A stretch of DNA of 52,467 nucleotides from Candidatus Latescibacterota bacterium (GTDB lineage Bacteria; Latescibacterota; UBA2968; UBA8231). The stretch lies in assembly GCA_029941315.1 (NCBI GenBank), contig JAPYQE010000004.1:143-52609 (forward strand), read 5' to 3'. A program made the position numbers and the translations under genes. The notes beneath the pieces were generated by a model. It was given only the letters and a program-made list of their open reading frames with translations. It ran no database searches and was not told where the DNA came from. This document shows positions 28,520 to 37,347 of the stretch, one piece after another; position 1 is the stretch's first letter, and each line of letters starts with the position of its first letter.

Positions 28520-29545
28520 TTAGCGGATCGATTCCAATACTACATGTAAACCGCGGTGATCGCTATTCGAGACTTTGACGACCTCGGCGGAGACGGTGCG
28601 AAAACCCTTGTGCAGGACGGCGTCGATACGTGCGAAGGGCAGCGAGGCGTGGTAGGTATAGCCAAAACCGAAGCCGGCTTCGGTCCAGGCGTCATTGAGC
28701 AGGTCGCGCAGTGGGCGGTTGGAGCGGTAGATCGGCGTCGAGTTGAGGTCGCCGCCGAGGATTACGGGATGGTTGGTGGCGGCTATTTCCTTGGCTAGGA
28801 TCTCGGATTGTTGTAAACGGAGTTTGGATGAGCCGAAAAGCACCCGCCCGCCCTGGACTAGGGGCAACGATTCGAGGTGTACGGTGTAAAGGTCAACGGG
28901 CACTTCTTCGTAATTGATGCGGACCCGCGGGAAGTAGCGGATCTGGCGGGCCCAGGAACGGGCGCGAACGGAAGGCAGGGTTTGCATGGGTGTTTTGCTC
29001 ATGACCAAGCTGCCCATGCCGGCGTCGCGGCGCAGGATCTGAAAGTAGATGTGGTAGCCCAGTTGTTTGGCGAGCACTTCCCAGCCCTTTCTGTGGCCGA
29101 CATAGGCTTCTTGCATCAGGACGATGTCGAAATCGCCCGAGGCGAGGATCCCGATAAATTCCTCCGGGGATTCCATGCCGATGTTTTGCGTGTAGATGTG
29201 TAGGTAACCCGCGCGATCGGGTGGGGCTTGAGCTGCGGGCGAAGTGCCCATGGTGCTAAAGGTTTCGCCGATAATTAGTAAGGCGGCGAGGCCGGGCAGG
29301 ATGGCGATCGGAATTTCCTCGCGCAGGATGGCGAGTGCAGCGACGGCGACGGCGAGGACCAGTAGCATCAGGCGCAGAAAGGGCTGCGCGGCAAGGACCT
29401 CGAGTTCGATAAGGGCATTGCCGAGCAGATAGGGCAAGGCCGTGAGTATGAAGAGCACGGCGGCGGTGCTCCAGAGAAGGATGGGCGGGCCGTTATCTTC
29501 GTAGTGATCTTTGCGTGGGCGTGCGCGCGTTGGGCGTCTGGCCAT
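28520..29545 (-). CDS. Membrane-anchored endonuclease/exonuclease/phosphatase family protein
   Basis: Three N-terminal hydrophobic helices; TQN, MQE, VHL, GDLN, RID, SDH. Confidence 0.85.
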   Translation of the reverse strand: MARRPTRARPRKDHYEDNGPPILLWSTAAVLFILTALPYLLGNALIELEVLAAQPFLRLMLLVLAVAVAALAILREEIPIAILPGLAALLIIGETFSTMGTSPAAQAPPDRAGYLHIYTQNIGMESPEEFIGILASGDFDIVLMQEAYVGHRKGWEVLAKQLGYHIYFQILRRDAGMGSLVMSKTPMQTLPSVRARSWARQIRYFPRVRINYEEVPVDLYTVHLESLPLVQGGRVLFGSSKLRLQQSEILAKEIAATNHPVILGGDLNSTPIYRSNRPLRDLLNDAWTEAGFGFGYTYHASLPFARIDAVLHKGFRTVSAEVVKVSNSDHRGLHVVLESIR

Positions 29546-29717
29546 AGTATGGTAAATATAAGCACTTCTGGTAGACTAGCTGTGGGGCGGCCCAGTTAAG
29601 ACTATATCTTGGCTCATTCTCGCCCGCCATCCCTGGCGGGCTCCGAGGGTGTTGCCTTGATGTTGCTGTCCTGCAAAATCGGGGCAACAATCTGCAACGT
29701 GTACTCCTCATCTTACA

Positions 29718-31130
29718 TTATTTAAGCAATGTCATTTTCCGCGCTTGACGTCTTTCCCCTTGACGCAATTCCACAAAATAAGAACCACTGCCCGCCGTAA
29801 TTCCGTTATCGCCTCGACCGTCCCAGGTGTAGCGGTGCTCGCCGGCCTGCAATACACCGGCGAAGAGTGTGCGGACCCGGCGCCCCAAGAGGTCGTATAC
29901 GGTCAGTTCGACCGAGGTATGCGCGCTGGCGATCTCGAAGGGGATCAGTGTTTCAGCGTTGAAAGGATTGGGGAAGGCGAACCCGAGGTCGCTTCGCTCG
30001 GGCAAGGCGAGGCCCGTCTCTCCTTCGACCGCGGTGGGCACGGGCACTGGGGCATCGCTGAGCACCGCGATGCTCGATGGGGGCAGGCTGGTAGAGATGG
30101 GACCGGCTATGAACTGGTCGGTGTCGGTATCGTAGAAGAGTAGGCCGCCGGTATCGGGGTCGGAGAAGGTGCCGCGGTCGGCGACGATCAGGCGCTTGCC
30201 ATCGACGGCGAGACTAGGCGTGAAGCCGGTGGAGTGGTTGGCGAGTTTGTCGCCAACAGTGCCGTTGGCCAGATCTACGGGAAAGACATGGTTGGCGAAA
30301 TTTTCGTCGGAGACGATGACATAGGCTTTATTGGCGGAGGCCAAATCGAGGAAGTTGATATCGCCGCCGAGGGCGACTTCGGAGATGACGAGGCCCAGGC
30401 TAGTGCCATTGGCCAGGTCGAGCACTTCGATGCCACCGGCCATATCGCCGAAACCCGCAACTTCGGCGACAACGAGCCGATTGCCGGCGGCGACTACGCT
30501 GGTGGGATTGCCGGCGGATAGCAACCAGGCTTGTACGCCGTCGGTGTTCGGGTCCATGTCGACGAGCTGGTCGGTGTTGGTGTCGACGACGACTAGGATG
30601 CCTTGCGCGGCGGGTTTGAAACCCGCGTTGCGGTCTTGCAGTTGGCAGGCGATGTAGAGGCGGTCGCCGACGACGGCCATTTGTGACATCTCCGGTGCGC
30701 CGTCGACATCGGCGAACGCGCGGAGGTCTATTGTGCCGAGTTCACTGCCGTCCTGTGGGTTTACAATCAGCACTTGGGTATCGTCGTAGCGCGAGATGTA
30801 GGCCTTGCTGGGGGAGACGAATGCGATGTCGTGCGGGTTGGTGCCGTTGCCGGTTGAAAACTGCATCACCGGTGTGCGTGGGTCGCTTTCGTCGAGTACT
30901 AGCACATTGTCTTGGCCGAGGCGGTTGACGACATAGATCCGGCCTTGGTAATAGCGCACGATGGTATCTGAATGCAGATTGAGCAGGTTCGTTTGTGCTT
31001 CTGCGGCACCCGACGGCAAATAAGCGGCGCTACCGCTGGCGAAGTCGGTGGTGGTCACGAAGAGTCCAGATTGCGCGAGTGCACCGCTGCTAAGGGCGGA
31101 GAAGGTGATGAAGGTGAATAAAATGTTCAC
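29718..31130 (-). CDS. Secreted YncE/BtuG-like beta-propeller with C-terminal FlgD-Ig/sorting domain
   Basis: Signal peptide ALA|Q, YVVNR, NP.DIAFVS..KAYISRY repeats, FPNPFN...YDLLGR...WDG...SGSYF...KMTLLK tail; directly downstream of BtuB-like gene. Confidence 0.75.
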   Translation of the reverse strand: MNILFTFITFSALSSGALAQSGLFVTTTDFASGSAAYLPSGAAEAQTNLLNLHSDTIVRYYQGRIYVVNRLGQDNVLVLDESDPRTPVMQFSTGNGTNPHDIAFVSPSKAYISRYDDTQVLIVNPQDGSELGTIDLRAFADVDGAPEMSQMAVVGDRLYIACQLQDRNAGFKPAAQGILVVVDTNTDQLVDMDPNTDGVQAWLLSAGNPTSVVAAGNRLVVAEVAGFGDMAGGIEVLDLANGTSLGLVISEVALGGDINFLDLASANKAYVIVSDENFANHVFPVDLANGTVGDKLANHSTGFTPSLAVDGKRLIVADRGTFSDPDTGGLLFYDTDTDQFIAGPISTSLPPSSIAVLSDAPVPVPTAVEGETGLALPERSDLGFAFPNPFNAETLIPFEIASAHTSVELTVYDLLGRRVRTLFAGVLQAGEHRYTWDGRGDNGITAGSGSYFVELRQGERRQARKMTLLK

Positions 31131-31143
31131 GGACGAGTCCTTT

Positions 31144-33435
31144 CTACGGAGTGAATAGGTTTTGCTTAATAGAGAGAAATAAGGCGCGGCCGGGCAGAGG
31201 ATAACCCCAGAGATCGGCGATCTGGTTGTCGGTCAAGTTGCGCACTTCCCAGTTTAGGGCAGTGCGCGTGTTTAGGGCGATGCGCCCGCCGAGACCGTGC
31301 ACCAGCCGTCTGGGCACAGGGCGCAAATTTGCGCGGTCCAGGTAGTGACGGCTTTCGCGGCTTAAAGCGTAGTGGGCGGAATGGCGGCCTTGTTCGATGT
31401 TCAGCCGAACTTCAAGCGCATGGCGCGGTGCGTTGGGTAGTTCGTTGCCGCGTTCGTAGGCGAAGCCGGAGCGGTTTTCCGCACGTTGGTAGGTGTAGTT
31501 GAAATCGATCCGGGTCCAGGCTAAGCGGGTTTGCAGGCGAGTTTCGACGCCGCTGAGTCGGGCGCGGCCGACATTGAGGGCGCGGGACACGGATTGGGAA
31601 TTCTGCATAAAGCGAATCAGGTCATCGACCGAATTGCGATAATAGGCGATCTCGGCCAGGGATAAAAATCCCGCACCGCGATAGACTAGCCCGGCATCGG
31701 AATTGTTGCCGCGTTCGTTTTTGAGGTCGATATTGCCGATCACGGCGCCGCGGTTGCCGAAAAGCTCCTGGAAACTCGGGGGGCGTTGGCTGTGGCCGCG
31801 GTGGCCTTGTAGCGCGAAACCGTGGCCGATTTTCAGGCGCAAGCCCAGCCGCCAACTACCGAGCCACTGGCTTTTTTCGCGCTCTGGGGTTAGCTGGCTA
31901 TAGACGGAGGCATTCGGGCCGCGGAAGCGGTCGTCGAGCCTTTTGGTCTGTACTCCGGCCATAAGCGACAAGCGCCGGAGCGGGACCTCGACTTCGCTTC
32001 CGAGTGCTAGCTCTAGGCGTTGGAATGGCGGTTCGATTTCGGTGCCTAGTCGGTTTTCCCGCCGCTGTTGATCGGATCGCAGGAGGTCTTTGGGTTGGAA
32101 GGTCTGGCGGCGGGTTTCCGCGAAGCTGGTGAGCAGCGCGCTCTTGGGTAGTAGGGTGTTGATTTCGGCACGCACGCCGTGCGAGCTGATGGTGTTGCGA
32201 TTGTGTTGGGTACCGGCGCCGACCTCGCCGTGCAGGTTTTTGTACTCGCTTTCTTGGGTGAGACGGTAGGCTTTAAGGCGATAGCCCGCGGTGGCGAATA
32301 GTGGGCCGAAGAGTTCGACTTCGCTGGCTTGGCGGCGGGTGTCGTAGCGGGTGTGCAGCGATTGGTTATTGCTGATACCGGGGATGCCGCGGTGGTTGAG
32401 ATCGAAAGTCGCGTAGGCCTGCAGGCGATGGCCGCGCCAGTCGCGTTGGATCTTGCTGAGGGCCCGTAGGCCGGCGAAGTCGCTATTGCGTCGGCGGGTA
32501 TATTGGTCGTCGTTGGCGTTATATTCGGTACCGTTGTCGTCGAGAAAGCGGAAGTCGTTTTCGCTGGCGCCGTAGTTGAGTAGGGCGCTATAGCGATAGG
32601 CACGGCGGCGGCCGTTGATGTTCAGGCCAAGCTGACGGGTGCGAAAGGAGCCATTGCCCGCGCTCAATCGCAGATGGGGTTTGTCGCCGGGGGCGCGGGT
32701 GCGGATATGCACCACGCCGCCGATGGCGTTGCCACCAAAGCGGGCGGGCACGGCCCCGCGGTAGACGTCGATGCTCTCTACGCCGGCCAGTGGCAAGTCG
32801 CCGAGGTCTACGCCGCCGCCCTGTGCCTGGTTGAGCGGTATGCCGTCGAGGAAGACCAGCACTTGTTCGGCGGTGGAGCCACGGATTGAGACGGTGCTGA
32901 AGCTGCCCAGGCCGCCGTAGCGGCGAATCTGCACGCCGACCGCTTTTTCGAGCAGTCGAGGTAGGTCGATGCCGGCGCTACCCTCCTTGGCGAGGTCGAT
33001 GCGTTCGACAAAGGCCGGTGATTCGGCCGAGTCGCCCGCCCGGCGAATCTGCACGACCATTTCGTCCATTAGCAGTGGGCGGGGTTCGAGGCGGATGGCC
33101 AGTAGGGTGTCGACGGGGGTTGTGATCTCGCGTTGGGTGGCAGTATAACCCAGATGTTCGATGCTGAGTCGCCAACGTCCGGGGGGCAGTTGTAGCGAGA
33201 ATGCGCCGCCGGTATCGGAGTAGGTGGTCTGGGAAGGTGGTGCAAGGGCGGAGGCCAGTGACTCAACGCGGAGTAGGGCACTGGAAAGGGCAATGCCCGT
33301 GTCGGCGTCGCGCACCTGTCCACGCAGGGCTGAGGCCGGCGTGGACAGCAGCAACAAAATGCCGCAGCGCGTTATATGCTTACAAAAAAACCCCGGCCTC
33401 AGATGAGGGCGGGGCGGGGCAAAATTGGCTTGCAC
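31144..33435 (-). CDS. btuB: TonB-dependent receptor, BtuB-like cobalamin transporter
   Basis: N-terminal extension (G.V.D..TG...), plug SIRGS...QVLV.LDG.PLN and IDVYRG, C-terminal VRNLTD...YPLPGR; follows a cobalamin riboswitch; start codon uncertain (GTG 33435 proposed). Confidence 0.82.
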   Translation of the reverse strand: MQANFAPPRPHLRPGFFCKHITRCGILLLLSTPASALRGQVRDADTGIALSSALLRVESLASALAPPSQTTYSDTGGAFSLQLPPGRWRLSIEHLGYTATQREITTPVDTLLAIRLEPRPLLMDEMVVQIRRAGDSAESPAFVERIDLAKEGSAGIDLPRLLEKAVGVQIRRYGGLGSFSTVSIRGSTAEQVLVFLDGIPLNQAQGGGVDLGDLPLAGVESIDVYRGAVPARFGGNAIGGVVHIRTRAPGDKPHLRLSAGNGSFRTRQLGLNINGRRRAYRYSALLNYGASENDFRFLDDNGTEYNANDDQYTRRRNSDFAGLRALSKIQRDWRGHRLQAYATFDLNHRGIPGISNNQSLHTRYDTRRQASEVELFGPLFATAGYRLKAYRLTQESEYKNLHGEVGAGTQHNRNTISSHGVRAEINTLLPKSALLTSFAETRRQTFQPKDLLRSDQQRRENRLGTEIEPPFQRLELALGSEVEVPLRRLSLMAGVQTKRLDDRFRGPNASVYSQLTPEREKSQWLGSWRLGLRLKIGHGFALQGHRGHSQRPPSFQELFGNRGAVIGNIDLKNERGNNSDAGLVYRGAGFLSLAEIAYYRNSVDDLIRFMQNSQSVSRALNVGRARLSGVETRLQTRLAWTRIDFNYTYQRAENRSGFAYERGNELPNAPRHALEVRLNIEQGRHSAHYALSRESRHYLDRANLRPVPRRLVHGLGGRIALNTRTALNWEVRNLTDNQIADLWGYPLPGRALFLSIKQNLFTP
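33384..33415 (-). terminator. Intrinsic terminator in the riboswitch expression platform
   Basis: Minus strand CCCCG-C-CCTC-ATCT-GAGG-C-CGGGG followed by T7. Confidence 0.75.
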
Positions 33436-33476
33436 CGGTGAGTCGCCTTTCCTTCGAAGGTATGCTCGACCTTGTC

Positions 33477-33655
33477 GTCCAGGCAGGTCTCCTGACTTCC
33501 GGCTCTTCTTGCGTCCCCCCTTCCCAGTCATAGGACCAGTGGGTAGAACGGGGGCAAGGACGGACTATGTCCGTCGGCCGATCACAGTGGCGGGACCGCG
33601 GCAGATTCGCACTGCCTTCCCTATTCTCCGGGTTTACACACCCGGCACCTGGACC
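33477..33655 (-). ncRNA. Cobalamin riboswitch
   Basis: Minus strand CAGGTG...AATAGGGAA.GCAGTGCGAATCTGC.GCGG.CCCGCCACTGT...CCACTG...GGGAAGG...AAGTCAGGAGACCTGCC (B12 box). Confidence 0.95.
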
Positions 33656-33871
33656 GATCTATGTTGCTGTAGTGGCCGCTATATTTGTGTTGCGGCCAGT
33701 GATCAAGTATGGAGCAAAAAGCGCCCTCGCGCCAGGGCAAAATGCAGTGGCCTAAAGGCGGATGCCGAGCTTCTGCATTGTTTTCAGTTGTTTAAGCCTT
33801 GCTTGAAGAGCGGCTCTTTACCACGACGATTGCATCGCCGCGACGGAGGCGGGCCACTTTTGCGGCAGGTG

Positions 33872-34387
33872 TTAGGTTTCCAATAATCTTGGCATCAGAT
33901 CGACGAGATTGCAGGGCTGGTTGGTGGAGTCTAGTTGCGGGCCGATGAGTTTGTCCCAGCCGGTGGCGCAGGCACCCGAGGAACCGGGCAGGCTGAAGAT
34001 GTAGGTACCGTTGGCGACGCCAGCGACGCAGCGCGACTGCAGAGTCGAGGCGCCGATTTCCTCGTAGGAAAGCATGCGGAAAACCTCGCCGAAACCCTCG
34101 ATCTCCTTGTCGAATAATACGCTGAGCGCTTCGGGCGTGCCGTCGCGGCCGGTGAGACCGGTGCCGCCGGTGGTGACTACGGCTTGCACCTTGTCGTCGG
34201 CGATCCATTGGGATACCTGGGCGCGTAGCTGGTATATATCGTCGAGCCGGATACACTTTTCGTGCAGGGTGTGCCCCGCTTCAGTGAGGCGTTCGACTAA
34301 GAGCTTGCCGGATTTGTCGGTCGATTCGTCGCGGGTGTCCGAGACGGTGAGTATGGCGATGTTGACCGGGACACGTGCTTCAGACAT
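33872..34387 (-). CDS. moaB: Molybdenum cofactor biosynthesis protein B
   Basis: LTVSDTR...DKSG, TTGGTG.TGRD.TPEA, GFGE.FR, QSR, LPGS, LDS...PCN. Confidence 0.93.
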   Translation of the reverse strand: MSEARVPVNIAILTVSDTRDESTDKSGKLLVERLTEAGHTLHEKCIRLDDIYQLRAQVSQWIADDKVQAVVTTGGTGLTGRDGTPEALSVLFDKEIEGFGEVFRMLSYEEIGASTLQSRCVAGVANGTYIFSLPGSSGACATGWDKLIGPQLDSTNQPCNLVDLMPRLLET

Positions 34388-34396
34388 GCGGATACC

Positions 34397-35248
34397 TCAT
34401 GGTGATGGGGGTATTAATTCGATTTCGTAGAGTTTGGGCCACCATTTGCCGGTGACGAAGAGGCGTTTCTCTTTCGCGTCGTAGGCGATGCCGTTGAAGA
34501 CATCGACTCGTCGGCCGTCGCGGTCCTCGTCGCTCAAGATGTCCGAGACGTCGATCCAGCCGACGACTCGGCCCGTCGCCGGGTCGATGCGGGCGATGGT
34601 ATGGGTGCCCCAGATATTGGCGAAGACTTCACCCTCGACCCATTCCAATTCGTTGAGATCGCGGATTGCGCGGTCGGCGGCGGTGACGGTGACTCGACCG
34701 ATTTCTTCGAAGCTGAAGGGGTCGCGAAAATAGAGCGTGGCGGTGCCGTCGCTCATAATCAATCGCTCGCCGTCGCAGGTGAGGCCCCAGCCTTCGGTCG
34801 GGTAGTTGAATTGGCTCAGTGGTTCGAAGGAATCCAGCGCATAGGTGAAGCCCGTCCCCGATTTCCAGGTGAGCTGGATCAGGCGGTTGAGAAAGAGGGC
34901 GATGCCCTCGCCGAAGATCTCCGCTTCGACGAGGTGCCGCTGCAGCACTTCGCCGGTAGCCAGGTCGACTTTGCGGATCGACGATCCAGGTCCCGAGCGG
35001 CCGTTATTCGGGCCGGTGCCCTCGTAGAGCACGCTGTCGAGAAAGACCAGCCCCTGGGTGAATGCGCTGGGGTCGTGCGGATAGCTCTGTACTATTCGAT
35101 AGGAGTAGATCGGGATCTCGGCGGGCGCTTGCGGTTGGGCTTGCGCCGATGGTTCGACGGGTTCGGTGCCATTGTCCGATTTGGCTGAGCAGGCAATGCA
35201 GCTGACTAAGAACAGGGCGAGACCGATATGAAGCTTTTGTTTGGTCAT
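34397..35248 (-). CDS. Glutaminyl-peptide cyclotransferase (beta-propeller type), probable lipoprotein
   Basis: YPHD..AFTQGL, FGEG, LTW, EGWG, SDG, NELE, AN.W, NGIAYD, TGKWWP; lipobox CIAC. Confidence 0.9.
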   Translation of the reverse strand: MTKQKLHIGLALFLVSCIACSAKSDNGTEPVEPSAQAQPQAPAEIPIYSYRIVQSYPHDPSAFTQGLVFLDSVLYEGTGPNNGRSGPGSSIRKVDLATGEVLQRHLVEAEIFGEGIALFLNRLIQLTWKSGTGFTYALDSFEPLSQFNYPTEGWGLTCDGERLIMSDGTATLYFRDPFSFEEIGRVTVTAADRAIRDLNELEWVEGEVFANIWGTHTIARIDPATGRVVGWIDVSDILSDEDRDGRRVDVFNGIAYDAKEKRLFVTGKWWPKLYEIELIPPSP

Positions 35249-35642
35249 GAACTATAAAATACGGGAGTCGGCGCGAGGTGCAAGGTGGAACAATGGTGCG
35301 ATATGTTAAATGTGTAACTAAACAGTGTGAATTCATATCTACAGTATTGATGTTGATGACATGAAATAATCTTTATAAACAATTACTTATGGCATAGTTG
35401 ATCGACGCTCATTAAATAGATCCGTCATGAGTTGTATAGAATACGCGTTAGTCTATGGTCTACGAGGCATTTGAATAATTAATAATCAATATGATTATAA
35501 GATACTGTTTTTAAAGTATCTTAAAAGATTTTGGATAAAGTGATGGATTCCGGGCACGGCCTTTGCCATATCAGGGTCGATACACGGCTCCGGAGCCAGT
35601 AAATAGAGTTGGAAACTCAGGATCGTATCACTGGGAAAGTAA

Positions 35643-36240
35643 GTGAAACGAATTACGCTCGTTTGATATTCGCGTTGGGCGCGATGGCTTCTACCTTTGC
35701 CGCCGATCACGTAGAGGTGCCCTTGGCCATTGCGCACCCAGCCACCGATATCTGTGACCGTTTGCTTGGACCCAAAGGCGACCATTTGGTAATGGTGCTG
35801 ACGGTCAATCCCTTTTATACGGGTGCGGGACCGCTTTTTGACTGCAGCGCACGCTATAATTTTGGGGTCGATCACGACGTCGACGCCCGGCCCGATGGCT
35901 CGCTCAGGATCGATTTTAGTGGGTTGAGAAATATGATCGTCGGTGGTTAGCTTAAACGTCACGTAAAACAAATATGGAGCGGTCGCAGGGAAGCCCCCTT
36001 CGTCTTCGATCTAGGCCTGCCGTGGGCTAAGCGCGATTATGGCGAATCGATCCCCTTGCCGGATGTGTCTCCGATATCCTGACCATCGATAGATCGCAGC
36101 TGCCAGCCTATCCCAATGGTCGGGCGCTGGCGGATGACGCGATCGATCTCTCATTGGAACTAGTCTTTGGCGAAGGCACGGGCAATGTCGATGCCAATGA
36201 TGTGCTCTTGCTCAGCGTCAGCGTCTTCCCCTTTGATGAC
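35643..36240 (+). pseudogene. DUF4331-like secreted protein pseudogene
   Basis: ADH.E.P...TDICD, LVMVLTVNP, VDHD.DA.PD, GRREAPFVFDL, DILTID...YPNGRALADDAID...FPF spread across frames. Confidence 0.7.
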
Positions 36241-36580
36241 CGATTGCCCGTCATGCCCATAGCCCACAAATGTGGCGGCGAACTGGTGGTGCATTGGGAC
36301 CTGCCCCGAGAGGTGCGCACGGCTATCGCCTCGCACCACCACCCGGCGCAGACCAGCCCCACGACGTCTTGCGGCGATGGTCCACCTGGTGGATATTGGG
36401 GTGCGCACTATGTAGATCGGCCATGCCGGCGATAATCTGATCCCCGGTACGGATAGCTACGCCAAGCGCAGCTTCACCAAGAAGCAGGACGAGATTCTCG
36501 CGTAAAAAGAAGAATTAACTGAGCAGGTGGACGCAATTCTCGGCGGCAAAAATAGTGCGGTTTTATCGAGGGTGACCAAT

Positions 36581-37189
36581 ATGCGTTTTAGATTGTTGAT
36601 CTTGATCTGCCTGCTTTACGCCGGCGGAGCCGAGGCCGTACGGATCCAGGACATGGAGCCGGAGCAAATACCCAAACGACAGCAGGACGGTTATTACGCC
36701 GCGATGGGCGTCGGTTTCGTCAATCTAGACGGGCGGGGGGTCGGTGTGCGGGCACCGCTGGGGTTTAAGTTCGTTTCCAATCGCTTCCGGTTAATTAGCT
36801 CTGCGAATCTGCTCGATTTGAGCTTTCTCGAAGGCGACAATCGCGACACGCGCTATTACCGTCCCTTCGTCAATAGTACGCTCTGTATCGACCGGAATTA
36901 CAATTATCGCGTGCCGAATTATCGCTGCTCGGGCGGTACGGATGTACAAATATCGGCCAGTGCCGACCTGGCCTATATTATCGCCGACGAAGTCTGGATC
37001 GGCAATCAACCGGGCAAGCTTTTTGCCGGTGTCGGTTATCGTCATACCAAGCCGCAAACCGCCTACGGGACGATCGGTGTATTCTTCGATCCGCCGGACG
37101 CGTCGGCCGGTGGTTTCAAGTTTATGTTCGGCGAGGGGTATATCGCCCTAGGTCTGCTTTGGGGTTTTGACCTGCGCCGCTTATTTTAG
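36581..37189 (+). CDS. Hypothetical exported protein, possible small outer-membrane beta-barrel
   Basis: Signal peptide AEA|V, alternating Gly/aromatic strands, terminal Phe. Confidence 0.65.
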   Translation: MRFRLLILICLLYAGGAEAVRIQDMEPEQIPKRQQDGYYAAMGVGFVNLDGRGVGVRAPLGFKFVSNRFRLISSANLLDLSFLEGDNRDTRYYRPFVNSTLCIDRNYNYRVPNYRCSGGTDVQISASADLAYIIADEVWIGNQPGKLFAGVGYRHTKPQTAYGTIGVFFDPPDASAGGFKFMFGEGYIALGLLWGFDLRRLF

Positions 37190-37347
37190 CTGTCCCTTCC
37201 CAGGCATCGGGCGTCTATAGTGATGCAGCACACCGGACCGCCATTGCCCTCCTCGGCGTGATGTACCCATTGATGCGTTGATGTATTCGCGAAATTCGCT
37301 CCGGGCGAATTTATGTGTCAACGCGACACTACAATTACGAGGATTCT

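Noticed and set aside
33436-33531. N-terminal extension of the TonB receptor ORF to 33531, and ORF 33425-33886 (+)
   Set aside because: Both overlap the cobalamin aptamer, which is better explained as non-coding RNA.
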